DNA of 64,000 nucleotides from Octopus vulgaris (taxonomy: Eukaryota), in NCBI GenBank assembly GCA_951406725.2, contig OX597818.1, forward strand, positions 27,528,001 to 27,592,000, read 5' to 3'. Positions 13,849 to 25,215 of this stretch are shown in pieces (within the stretch, counting starts at the first letter, position 1; each line of letters begins with the position of its first letter). The position numbers were made by a program, and so were the translations under genes. The notes beneath the pieces were generated by a model, which did no database searches, was not told the DNA's origin, and saw nothing but the letters and a program-made list of their open reading frames with translations.

Positions 13849-13850
<2 letters not shown>
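13650..13850 (+). mobile_element. PLE-tail fragment with a degenerate hammerhead, paralogous to 43040-43370
   Basis: Shared CATGTTCTTTGTCTATCTCC..TGCAGCTGAAG.TTGCTCTACATTTTAAATT..ATGAAACGA; core altered (CTGAAGC) and 3' part deleted. Confidence 0.65.
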
Positions 13851-13918
<68 letters not shown>

Positions 13919-14364
13919 CACAAACATGCTCCCTAGCCTTGTGTCACCTCAAATGGTTATCTTAGCTGTTATACTTCCCCATGCTTGTTGAAAGCTACAT
14001 CCAGAGAAGTTTGTTTTGATTGTTAACTCCTCACTTTCATTTTTCATATCATCCTATTCAGCTTCCTATCATATTTCACACTAGCTCTGCTTAATATTAA
14101 ATTCAACATAATTCACAGGTCTACCTCTCTTTACAATCTTTCTTTCCTGATTTTATTGTTCTCTCTTCATTCCTGTCCCGGCTTGGAAAAAGAATATCTT
14201 CCCATCTTTTTTTCCACTGAGATGTAAATCTATGTACTCTATCTTTCACGAAGCTTTGTATCTAATGCTGTTATGTATTTTTCTATGTGGTTCTTACTTC
14301 CATCCAGCATGTTGCTTACTTCTGGCAGCCATCTTGTCCTATTGATATTGCTGCTTCTATATTC

Positions 14365-14539
14365 TTTTACTTGTTTCAGTCATTTGACTGTGGCCATACT
14401 AGAGTACTGCCTTTAGTCAAACAAATCAACTCCAGGACTTATTCTTTGTAAGCCTAGTACTTATTCTATCTGTTTCTTTTGCCAAACCAAGCAATGGTGG
14501 TGGGAGGACAAACACAGACACACAAATACACATATATAT

Positions 14540-14595
<56 letters not shown>

Positions 14596-14732
14596 GAGCT
14601 TCTTTCAGTTTCCATCTACCAAATCCACTCACAAGGCGTTGGTTGGTCTGAGGCTATAGAAGAAGATACTTGTCCAAGGTGATATGCAGTGGTACTGAAC
14701 CCAGAATCATGTGGTAGGGAAGCAAGCTTCTT
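14365..14732 (-). mobile_element. tRNA-derived SINE with internal (TA)n
   Basis: Reverse complement of the family at 29652-29960 (AAGAAGCTTGCTTC..GGTTCAGT.CCACTGC..GGAAACTGAAAGAAGC..GATAGAATAAGTAC). Confidence 0.8.
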
Positions 14733-15069
14733 TATTTCATAAAATTGGGAAAACAAGAACAGACAAACATAGAGGGTGAAGAAGTTGCTTTACTACGAAT
14801 GCAAATGTTGCGGATGATAATATAAAAATGTCATGCAGTTAAAAATTATTTTTTTTAAATTTTAAATTTAAGTGTTTGATAATCATTTTTAATTGCAAAT
14901 TTTGCAATGTATGCAACCAAAGGAAAGGCACCCAACAACTAGGTTTGAACCTTTACTTTTCTCTCTAGCCTCACTTACCTGGTTCCAGTCACTTGCAGCA
15001 AGCTCACTACTGGCTTTCATCTTTTTGTGAACATATCCTGTGACAAGTATCACTTCTCCAGCCTGATCT

Positions 15070-18000
15070 TACTATTGAGATGGTAACTAAAAACGTTAAC
15101 CTACCCCTGGCTGGAGACGAAGGTACCTGTCACTGTCCTTCTTACTCACGTCTTCCATACTGTTTCTTTCAGTATGGCTACTACACAGAAAAAAAACAAG
15201 CCTTTCTTTCCCTGTTAAGGGAAGGAGGCAGCACAATCTTGATGATAGACTCAGCCGATAGCTGTACTCTTATCGCTGACAACACTTACTCGACAAAAGC
15301 TATCAGTCTTGATAATTCAGGACACTCTACGAAGGCGTGCAAGACAGTTTCTTTGTCCCACCTGCACCTTGGGCATGTCGACAAGACAGCACTTCCATGC
15401 CTTGACAGCTTGTCTCAAACAGGCAAAGCCAAAGAGTAGCACTGCCAACCAAGGATTTCTGATAATTATCCAGATACCCTGGCTTGAAAGTTCTCTTGAA
15501 GAGGTTGATCAACTGACTTCCATCACAGCCCAGGGTCTCACCCAGGACATCATCTGACATAAATCCCACAAACCCGCTATAGAAATCCGCAGTGGAACTC
15601 CTGTTGCCAGTATTGCCCGCCCGAGAGCGTAGCTGGAGTGCCTGACAACACTCCAATTGCCAATCCGCCAGTCTAGGTCTTCGTTTGATCCATGGACCAA
15701 TATCCATTAAGGATGTCAACTGTGGAAAGTAGAACTTTACGTGCGGTAACCACACCTGTACCCAATCCAGATAAAGTGAGAGGTACCTCAACTTTAACGC
15801 GAGTTTTCGCATTTTCAGTCAAGGAATCCCTAGCCCACCCTTTAGCGGTTTTTGGCAGCAGACAGAGCGCTTCAAAAGTGGCTTTCCTCCCTTCCACAAA
15901 AAGTGGAAAAGGATTCTCCCCAACTTGTTCATCCATAAATCGGGGAAAGGCACAATGGTCAAGCGGTAGGTGATGACAGATGCTATGAACATCTGCACCA
16001 CCTCCGCCCTCCCTAGCAAAGATAACGCTCGCCCAGACCAAGTCTGGGTTAGGACAGTCACCTTGCTCGTGACCTCGCTCCAATTCTTCTCTCTCTAGAA
16101 GTCTAGACCGAACCATACTCCTAGCAACTTAATGGACCTTAAAGGTTTTTGGACGACATCGACTTGCCCCTCCAGGTGCCGAGTTGTAAGCCGACCGACT
16201 TGTCCTGGTTAACTTTTGCTCCTTCCACCGCCTCATATCCTTTGACGGCGTTTCACACACAAAGAAGCTGCCCTTCATCGGACACGATGATGGAGATGTC
16301 ATCCGCATACACAGTAGCTTCTCTTCCACACCACAGACCATGCAGCATGCCACCTAACGCCTCCAACTTCCGCAGCAATGGCTCAAGAGCCAATACATAC
16401 AAAAGTGGTGTCAAAGGACATCCCTGGAGAACTGAGCGGTCAATCTTGAACGGCTTTGAAAAAACTGTTCACTCGGACGATAGACTCGATGTCGCTGAAC
16501 AAAACAGCAATCCAACCGCGGAAAGTCAGGCCCAACTCGGCCTCCCTGACGACTGCCGCCAGGTACCGATGGTCGACCCTATAAAATGCTTTAGACTGGT
16601 CTACATGTACCAGTGCCACACCTCTGCCAGAAATTTTCCCAACCCTGTCTAAGGAGTAGCGTATAAGGTGAAGATTGTCGGGAATTGATCTGCCCAGAAT
16701 AGCGCAAGTTTGCGCCTCCCTGACAAGTCTCTCCACGACATGCGTCAACCTTTTTGTCAACACCTTGGCCAAAATCTTTAACTCTGTGTTTAGCAGAGTT
16801 ATGGGCCGAAAATTACTTATAATATCCCCCTTGCTCGGGTCCTTTCTGATCAAAATCCCCACTCCTGGCTCGCAGATCTGGGAATTCTCCCATTCTGCTG
16901 TCAGTTGGCGTTGACGTCGGCCAGTAGGTGCCCAAAAAAGTCTAGCATACTTTTGTAAAACTCATAGGGTAGACCATCAAGTCCCGGTGACCTGTCTCCA
17001 GGGCCCTCAGATAGTTCCTCAATCACATCCGCAGCTATGATTAGACCCTCACAGCACTCAGCCTCTTGTGCCAAGAGATGTGAGCCATCAGCCAGGAAGT
17101 CCTGTAGGGCCTTACCATGGTCTAGCGCCCCGCTCCTCCCGGACAACTCGACGAACTGCTTGTAAAGTGCCTCATACATCTCATCCCGTCCTATGACCAA
17201 ACGTCCATTTTCGTCAATCAGTGACCTAATTATGGCATCATTGCCACGCTGGGTCTCTACCGTATGGACCCACCTGGCAACATTAATTCCCTCGCGGCCT
17301 AATGCACGTACTTTAGCCCGAACCTTGCATCCTTCATGTTTGGCTTTAGGGTGACGTTCCAAAGCCGTTCTCGCTGCCAAAATTTAGGATGCAGAGCCCA
17401 ATCTCAACACCTCTTCTAAAGCTTTAAGTAAGTTCCCTTCTATCCTAGTCTTATCTAAACTTAACTGACAGCTAAATCTAATAGACTCAAAACGTATGGT
17501 CTTTTGAGGGCAAACCACCAGCGGTTATTCACCATGGTGCCGGTTAATGCCCTTTTTACTAACTCCTTAATCCGGTCACAGCATACTTCACAAGCCAAAA
17601 TAGACTTGTTCAGCTTCCAGTAGCCGGATTCCTGTCTATAAGCACTGTTTATGTTCAGCCTACACTTGGCCAATTTATGGTCAGTGTAGGTAACTTGAAC
17701 AAACTGTGGACAGCTAAAGCTAGACTTATCTCTACTCCTTATAACTATCTTCAGTAAGACTTGAACAACCCATCGCCATTAATTCAAATCCAGACTGGGA
17801 TGCTTGGGCGTTCAAGTCTATAGTGGTCTGCCAGCTGAAAACGCTTAAGCAGATTGATGAGGTGTGAGTTAACACTCCTACCAGTCAAACCACAGCTGTC
17901 CAGGCGTGCATTCAGGATAGCATTGTAGCCTCCTAACACAACTAATGTCTTGGACGTTACGAGAAAGTTCTCTAGGCGCCGAGAGAAATCAGTTTGCTGT

Positions 18001-19440
18001 CTTCTTGCACAAGGTGCATACGTTCCGATCAACCTGAAGGCCTTACTGCTGTATGTCACGTCAAGGACGAGCAGCCCACCTTCAGGGTCCACAAAGACTA
18101 CACGTCTGCAGAGCCAAGCCTTTTCGGAGTAGAACTACTGTACTCACTCGACCTCCGGTCTGGCCAGGAGACATGATTTTCTCATAGCCATTCAGGAGAG
18201 CCAAGAAAGTATGTAGCCTATCCAGCTTGTCTCTGTAGCAACCATTACATGTATATCATGTGATCTGATGTCGAGGAAACATGCTTGCTTCCACTTCGAG
18301 CACAGACCACACACATATAATCAACCAAGGTTAAGTGTTGACAGTTCAAGAAAAAAGTAAAGGTTCTGCTTACTTTTTCGTTGGCGATGTAGGGGATGAT
18401 CTCACGTCTCGTGAAGGGGCCCCTCTTTTTGCCTCTTTCCTGAGGTGTTTCGGAAGGTCTTTTAATCATGAAATCGCCTTTGGATGCCTCTCCTTCAGTT
18501 GTTTGAACAACGTTTCTCCTATCCAGGTACATTGTCTTAGATGGTCCTTATGCTCTGGGGATATCACAGTGGTGTGATGTGGTAGTATTATTTCGTTGGT
18601 GTACCTGTTCTTCGATACTAAAATCCTTCTTTCCTCTGGATTTTCTGAGACAGTTGGGCGGGTTTTTATTTTTAATGTCTGTGAGGCTAGGTTTTCTGAT
18701 TTTGTGGATGAGGATTGGGACAATAGTCTTTTAGCTGACTACCTCCATGGTGTTGTCTGAGGGAATTGCACTTTGGCTATTAGGTGCCATAGACGTTGAG
18801 GGGGTGGGTATCTTTGTTGTTGTCGGGACTGGTGCATGCATAGGTTGGGGCTTTTGGAGCACTTGTTTGAGGACTTGTGTAGGGGCTGGTGTGTGTATGG
18901 GTTTGGGGGCAGTTTTGGGGGTTTGTGAGGGGCCGGGTGTAGGTGTAATCACAGATGTTTGGGCCTTTGAATATCCTTTCTCTTGTATCGTGGATTGCCC
19001 TTTCTTTTTTGCAGAGTCACATTCTGCCCTTATGTGCCCCATTCGGCTACATTTGAAGCACCCAGTTTTTTCCCCTTCAACCTGTATTTTTAGAACCACT
19101 TCCTCAACCACGAGCCCTCTATCGGGAATTCCTTCTAAGACTTCAGGTGCTGCTTGGATGATAGCCGCGATGCTCTGCCCGAGCCAGTGTTGGTGGGGGG
19201 AAGAGTGTGTCACTTGTAAGATGTGTATTTTGCCCTGTTGAATAACAGGGCGGCCATCACCCACACGGCATCAATTTCCGGTGGTACTTCTGCTACCTTA
19301 ACACGGAACGTGCGTCGCCCTCTGCTGTCCTAAACTTGGCTTCTACAGTACCAAATTTTTTCCCTCTTGTGACATATATGATATCGTTCCAAATTGGAGC
19401 GGGACATTTGTCTATTTTGTCCTGGTCCATGTGTACCATT
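15070..19440 (-). mobile_element. L1/Tx1-clade non-LTR retrotransposon, frameshifted and partly deleted
   Basis: ORF1 CCHC CFKCSRMGHIRAEC near 19000; APE remnants (LIGTYAP, LGGYNAIL, TDHK, GYWKLN); RT motifs SPGLDGLPYEFYK, NFRPITLLNTELKILAK, DQSKAF, YADD near 16300, GGLGIP. Confidence 0.92.
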
Positions 19441-19849
19441 TCCTTCTCATTTAACAATAATTTACAAAAGAATCAACAGAATTTCAACAAGAAAAAATGA
19501 TGACTTACGGTGCACAGAAAAAACCCCTAATGACGTCGTTTGACCGGAAGCAAACTTCTTTTATTAATTGTATTGGCCATAAAGGCCTTACATAGAAGGG
19601 AAGCTACGGGTTAGACATAGACATAATGTTATGAAATGACAAATAAAAATGATGATGAGGGCAACAAGCAACGCCCGCCGATTGCTGCTTACCCGAGAAC
19701 ATTGCTCTTTTATATTATATTCACGATGCAACAAACCTCTAACATTTTTACAATTCAATACCAAAATTCATTTACGAGGCAACAAACCTCTTACATTTTT
19801 CACAATTCAATAAAAAATGTGGCACTAAGCCTCTTACCTTTATTTTGAA

Positions 19850-20310
19850 CTTTCATGCGTGGCTCCCACGTGACCATCGGCCATCTTCCTTTCTTCTCCT
19901 AACTTGTGTTTCTTTCTTTCTCACCATTGTAGCTGGAACAAGGAAAGACGTGTTCTTGTTTGTCTCCTGACCAAGCTTGATTTAAACGTTCGCCACCACA
20001 ACATCGTTTAGCTTAGCAGCCCTTCCTGTTTGTGTTACGAATTTTGACCCTCCGCAAAATGCCAAATTTGATTTAATTTGCTTTGTTGGAGCAACTGTTT
20101 TATCCAAAGTGCATATTGTTGTTAAATGCTCGAAATACGAGAGTTGAAAAACAGCCAACAATTGATGAAGGGTCGTTCTTTATGTTGTTTGTCTTGTTTT
20201 CCATTTGTGTCTTTTGTTGTTCGAAAAAATAGTTCATATTCCATGATCTCATACTTCGTATTTTTTGTTGTACACGTTTCGTGACGTCCTGTGCCCACAT
20301 ATTCATACAC
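19850..20310. repeat. Interspersed repeat of unknown class, possibly a PLE-type tail, ending in (TA)n
   Basis: CpG-richer, T-rich segment ending GTGACGTCCTGTGCCCACAT at the microsatellite; GAGCA..TGCTC-GAAA stem remnant at about 20090-20135. Confidence 0.35.
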
Positions 20311-20319
20311 ACACACAAA

Positions 20320-20708
<389 letters not shown>

Positions 20709-20870
20709 GTGTGTGTGATTGTGTATAGAAGAATATATTAATAAAAGGAATTCCAACCTTGTCTGATTTTCATGTTTTATTTACAATCTTATAATGATAT
20801 ATTATAAGATAATATATTATAATTGAATAAAATAAAATGAAATAGTAGAATGTTAAATGTTCATTCTGAT

Positions 20871-20915
20871 TGAACTAGTACTTTCATGCATTGAATTCTG
20901 CAATCTTCGGGTTCA
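20871..20915 (-). ncRNA. Minimal type-I hammerhead-like motif
   Basis: TGAAC-CCGAAGA-T-TGCA-GAATTCAA-TGCA-T-GAAA-GTAC-TA-GTTCA. Confidence 0.6.
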
Positions 20916-21409
20916 TGTAGTAGTGTTGACAGTCATGCTTCACAATTTTTGACTGTAGCAAGATGATTGATTCTGTGCTATAAATACAGCTGGGTAGGCT
21001 CCAGAGTGCTAGGTTTTGCAAACTGTATTCTGACCAATCAGTGTGTAGTATCACTCAATTACTTAAGCTGATTGGTTGGTTGAGCTGATTGGTTTAGGCA
21101 TCACGCTTTGTTGGACATGTCAAGAGTCCTGTATCTTGACCCTGGCTGAAGCAGCAATTGTTGGGTTATTTTTAGAAATGTTGTAAATATCCTTTGTCAG
21201 AGGTTTTTATATTTTTATATTTCAATTGTCATCATCATCATTGTCAGCACCTTAATTATTGTTGCTAGTGGTGATGGTGGTGGCAATAGAACTTTTAACC
21301 CTAAATAAGATAATTTTCCTGCTATCTTCATCTTGATCACCTTTAGTATTGTTGTTGTTGTTAGTGGTCATGGTCGTAGCAGTGGAAGTAATACCTCTAA
21401 GTATTATTA

Positions 21410-22693
21410 TTATTGCTTATTTAGCTTGGGTTCGAATTTATCAATAAAATTCTTTTCTCTGATTCTCCTCTCGATTTCACTTGGGCTGTGTAATTTGTAG
21501 AACGGAAATATTATATACATTTTCCGGCCACATGTTGCTAGGTGGTTACTCAAAGGTATCTGACGGACCTCTGGGTCTCTAATCTGTTGCCGGTGTACAC
21601 GTGAGCGTTCTAATAGTGCGTTTCCCGTCTGACCTACATATATTTCTTCACAATTTGGGGATTTGATGCAGTAAATTAAATTTCTGCTTTTGCAGTTCAT
21701 ATTCGCGTTTGTGAATATTTTCCCGGTTTTTGTGTTTATATATTGACCGGTATGTATGAATTGGCATGTGCCACATCGGCTATCATTGCATTTAGATACC
21801 GTGAATGTTTGGTCTTTGTTGCTAAGGTCAAATTTTGCCTTTGTTAGTAATGTTTTCAAGTTTTTAGGCTGTCTTTTACTAAGCACCATAGCTCGATCCG
21901 TGATTATGTCTTTTAATTCATTACTTTGGGCAATGATTGGTAGGTTTGCTTTGGCAATGTTGAAGATATTCTGGTGACATGGGTTGTGTGTCACTATGAA
22001 TGGTATGACTTGTTCTTGTTTTCCTCTTCCTTGGGTTGTCCTAAGTTGTTGTATGGGTATTTTTATAGCCTGCTGTATGCCATTTTCTATAAGTAGAGAT
22101 GGGTATTTTTGTTTGAGAAAAAATTCTCTTAGTTCTATTAGGCGTTTGTTCCTGATATTTGCATCTTCTACAATGGTACAAATTCTTCTGGCTAGGCAGT
22201 ATGGGATGTTACGTTTTGTATGTGGTGGATGGCACGACTTAAAATTTAGGTATTGATGTGTGTCTGAGTGTTTATAGTATATATCTGTGGTGATGGTGGT
22301 GTCTTTTTTAATTACCATTATATCTAGGAATGGTAATTTGGTACTACTCATCTCCTTTGTAAATTGGAGAGATGGGTGTAGGTTGTTCAGGAGGATATTG
22401 AACTCTTCCAGAGTATTTAGAGATTCCGTCCAGATTATGAAGCAGTCGTCTAGGTATCTCTTCCATGCCTTTTCAATATACTTTCTAAATCCAGTGCCAT
22501 AGTTTACCTCCACCTCTTGGTAGAGTTGTTGTTCTAAGTATCCCATTACAGAGTTGGCGTAAACGGGAGCAAACCTCGTTCCCATCGCCGTGCCTCTAAT
22601 TTGGATGTAATTCTTTCCATTGAAGAAGAATGTGTTATTTTCTAGAATAAGTTTGACTGTGTCTAACTCAATTTGATTGAACAATGCAACCAT
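21410..22693 (-). CDS. PLE polyprotein C-terminal half: RT plus GIY-YIG endonuclease (427-codon uninterrupted frame)
   Basis: GTAMGTRFAPVYAN, WKRYLDD, LPFLD, YYKHSDTHQYL, linker CNDSRCGTC, LIYCI..YVGQT, R..E..FI. Confidence 0.92.
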   Translation of the reverse strand: MVALFNQIELDTVKLILENNTFFFNGKNYIQIRGTAMGTRFAPVYANSVMGYLEQQLYQEVEVNYGTGFRKYIEKAWKRYLDDCFIIWTESLNTLEEFNILLNNLHPSLQFTKEMSSTKLPFLDIMVIKKDTTITTDIYYKHSDTHQYLNFKSCHPPHTKRNIPYCLARRICTIVEDANIRNKRLIELREFFLKQKYPSLLIENGIQQAIKIPIQQLRTTQGRGKQEQVIPFIVTHNPCHQNIFNIAKANLPIIAQSNELKDIITDRAMVLSKRQPKNLKTLLTKAKFDLSNKDQTFTVSKCNDSRCGTCQFIHTGQYINTKTGKIFTNANMNCKSRNLIYCIKSPNCEEIYVGQTGNALLERSRVHRQQIRDPEVRQIPLSNHLATCGRKMYIIFPFYKLHSPSEIERRIREKNFIDKFEPKLNKQ

Positions 22694-22799
22694 TACATCA
22701 ATTTAAATACAGAGCAATCCTCAGCTGCGTAAAGACAGAATTTAAATAAATTAAAACAGCTGGTCACATTAGTATAATTTTACCAAAACTCTCCTAGAA

Positions 22800-23560
22800 G
22801 ATAAGGAGGTAGACAAAGAACATGCTGCCTTCACTTCAGCTTAGAAGCTACTAAGGTATCAAGAAGAAAGACTTGTTACAGATTTGCTTGTCACTTTTAT
22901 GGGGTCAGTTTTAATTTGTAGACTAGTTTTATCAAATCTTTGTATATCTAAGGCCGAGAGAACAAGGGGCAGTGTCAGTTAGGAATACGGCTGAGGGAGT
23001 TGACAGATATCATAGTGGGTATAGTCATAAAAATAGGAAAAATCCATCAAGATTTATGAGAAGCAATATCATGAGATTTGGTAAAGGAAAAAAGTTCATA
23101 TGTTTTCATAGAGCACAGCTCACACCCATATCTGCTATTTCTATAAGGCTGTACTTCCCATTTGAGGCCAAACCCAATTCCACTTTCCTTCAATTCCCAA
23201 ATCTTACTAGATAATGACATACAATTCGCCTTATGTTTAAGTATAAATTTTAACTTTATACAATATAGCAATATTGTTTCAAATATTTAACTATAGTACT
23301 ACATGATAAGATTTCCCCTGTTTCATTATCAATAGTCTGCTAGTGGCCGGCTCCCCTTAATTTTCAGCTAACATCTTGATTTAAGTTTTCCTTCACCAAA
23401 TCTCATGATATTACTTCGAATAAATCTTGATAGTTTATTTATTTATTTTTTTATTTTTATTTTTATGACTATACCCACTATGATTTCTGTCGATTCCCTC
23501 AGCCCTATTCCTAACTGACACTGCACCTTGTTCTCTCGGCCTTTGATATACAAAGATTTG
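22800..23560 (-). mobile_element. PLE 3' fragment (GIY-YIG C-terminus) with an inverted partial pLTR
   Basis: SLSSKIWELKE..KWEV..CELCSMK at 23047-23271; about 100-bp inverted repeat 22933-23035 / 23458-23560. Confidence 0.75.
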
Positions 23561-23667
23561 TATACTTATTTGTTACTTATTTTGATTTTAATCGCCTTAT
23601 CTTGAGATTGTATGGATAATACCGTACTAAATTTTGGTGCCTCAACTTAAGTACCATATTCATCTGA

Positions 23668-23727
<60 letters not shown>

Positions 23728-23744
23728 CTCTCTCTCTCTCTTGG

Positions 23745-24656
23745 CTGACCGGTTCGCGGAACACCTTCGTGACATCCACCTTGCGAACGACACACCGGTC
23801 TCACGCCATTTCCGCTCCACCGGTCACTCCTTGCAACACCTGTCTGTGTTCGGTTTGTCCTTACACAGAGGCCATCTGGATTCCTGTTTGCGCTGTGAAC
23901 AGGAATTAATCTTCTCTCTTCGCTCTTATACGCCATTTGGTCTCAACTCTCCCCCCTCCTATCTAACCCCCTCCCCCTCCTCACCTACTTTCCCCCCTCC
24001 CCCTACTTCTCTTCAGTCCTTCATCCTTTCACCCCTACTCCCCTTCCCTTCTTCCCTTTTTCTCCCTCCCTCCTTCTCTCTTCCCCTTCCCTCTGCTCCC
24101 TCACTCCCCTTCTCTCTCCCCCTCCCCTCCCCTTCCTTCTCCCCTCCTCTCCTCCCCCTCTTCTCCTCTCTCCACACTACACCACACGACTTTACACATC
24201 ACATCATATATGATGTGCCATACTAATACATACACCAACTAATACATACTAATACATACTAATACATACAAATACATACACCAACCCTATACATACACAC
24301 GTCCAGACCTCTCATACGCACTAATACTCTCTCATACACACACACACACACCCACCCTTATGTTGGAGTAGGTCATTCAACCCTATTATCTCCCCTAATT
24401 TCGCTCTCGCGTCTCATGTTTGATCTTTGACTTCTGGCCGAAATCAGATCGCCATGTTGATTCGTTAGTTACTGCACGCATTTTTTTCTCTCCTTTTTTC
24501 TGTGTTTTTTTTCTCTGTGTATCTTTCTGTTGAAGAGCGTAGGCTCGAAACGTTAAAGACTTGTTTTATTTATATTTCCTGAGCGCCATACTAATACAAT
24601 TGTTTGTTTGTTTTCCACCTGCCTTCGTCTTTTGTCTATTTTCATAAAGCTTCTCG

Positions 24657-24657
<1 letters not shown>
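23745..24657 (+). mobile_element. PLE 3' end (GIY-YIG C-terminus, CT-rich spacer, pLTR)
   Basis: ADRFAEHLRDI..PVSRHF..H..EQELIFSL..PFGLN; hammerhead-like motif at 24522-24559; tail abuts (TA)n. Confidence 0.85.
24522..24559 (+). ncRNA. Minimal type-I hammerhead-like motif (CUGUUGA core)
   Basis: TCTTT-CTGTTGA-A-GAGC-GTAG-GCTC-GAAA-CGTT-AAAGA. Confidence 0.6.
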
Positions 24658-24695
<38 letters not shown>

Positions 24696-24943
24696 CATAC
24701 ATACATACATACATACATACATACATACATACATAAATACATACATACATATGTCCCCTGACCTCATGGCTCCTCAAATGGTTACCCTCACTGATTTTTT
24801 TCTGTGTGCTTGTTGAAAACTATGATGAGAGAAGTTTTTTTTATTATTGACTCCTCGCTTTAATTTTTCACATCATTTAATTCATCTTACTATTTCGTGT
24901 ACTATCATACTTAACAATTACCCTTCCAAATCTTAAATTTAAT

Positions 24944-25215
24944 TGTGAGATGACGTCAGCAGCCGGGGAACTGACCAGAACTTATGGCTGACCGGAAGAG
25001 GAAGGGGCAGGAGTGACACGCGTGCAGGCAGGGGAGCATTGGACCTTTTCAATAGGGGTAACCGACAGAGCTGGACGTGTGAGCGCTTTGTCAAGGTAGC
25101 TGCTACTTTTAGCGTTCGGGTCGGGTCACGTGGAAGGGTGCGTTACCGCCGGAGGGGTCTGCGTCAACGAAGAGAAGGTAGGTGTCTTTATTTCAAATCT
25201 CCCGCATACACCACA
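24944..25215 (+). repeat. 5' LTR (last 60 bp repeated exactly at 28737-28796)
   Basis: TG...CA ends; contains TGACGTCA, CCGGAAG and CACGTG motifs. Confidence 0.75.

Larger units (their letters stand above)
20740..22693 (-). mobile_element. 5'-truncated Penelope-like element (Neptune-type) with 3' pLTR
   Basis: RT plus GIY-YIG ORF; hammerhead-like motif in the tail at 20871-20915. Confidence 0.9.

Noticed and set aside
14973-14982. U1 snRNA 5' end (ACTTACCTGG) as a Tx1 target
   Set aside because: Only 10 nt match and the following sequence is not U1-like; better read as a minus-strand splice donor.
20085-20145. Hammerhead (GAGCA..TGCTC-GAAA)
   Set aside because: No recognisable CUGANGA-like core or helix I in this copy.
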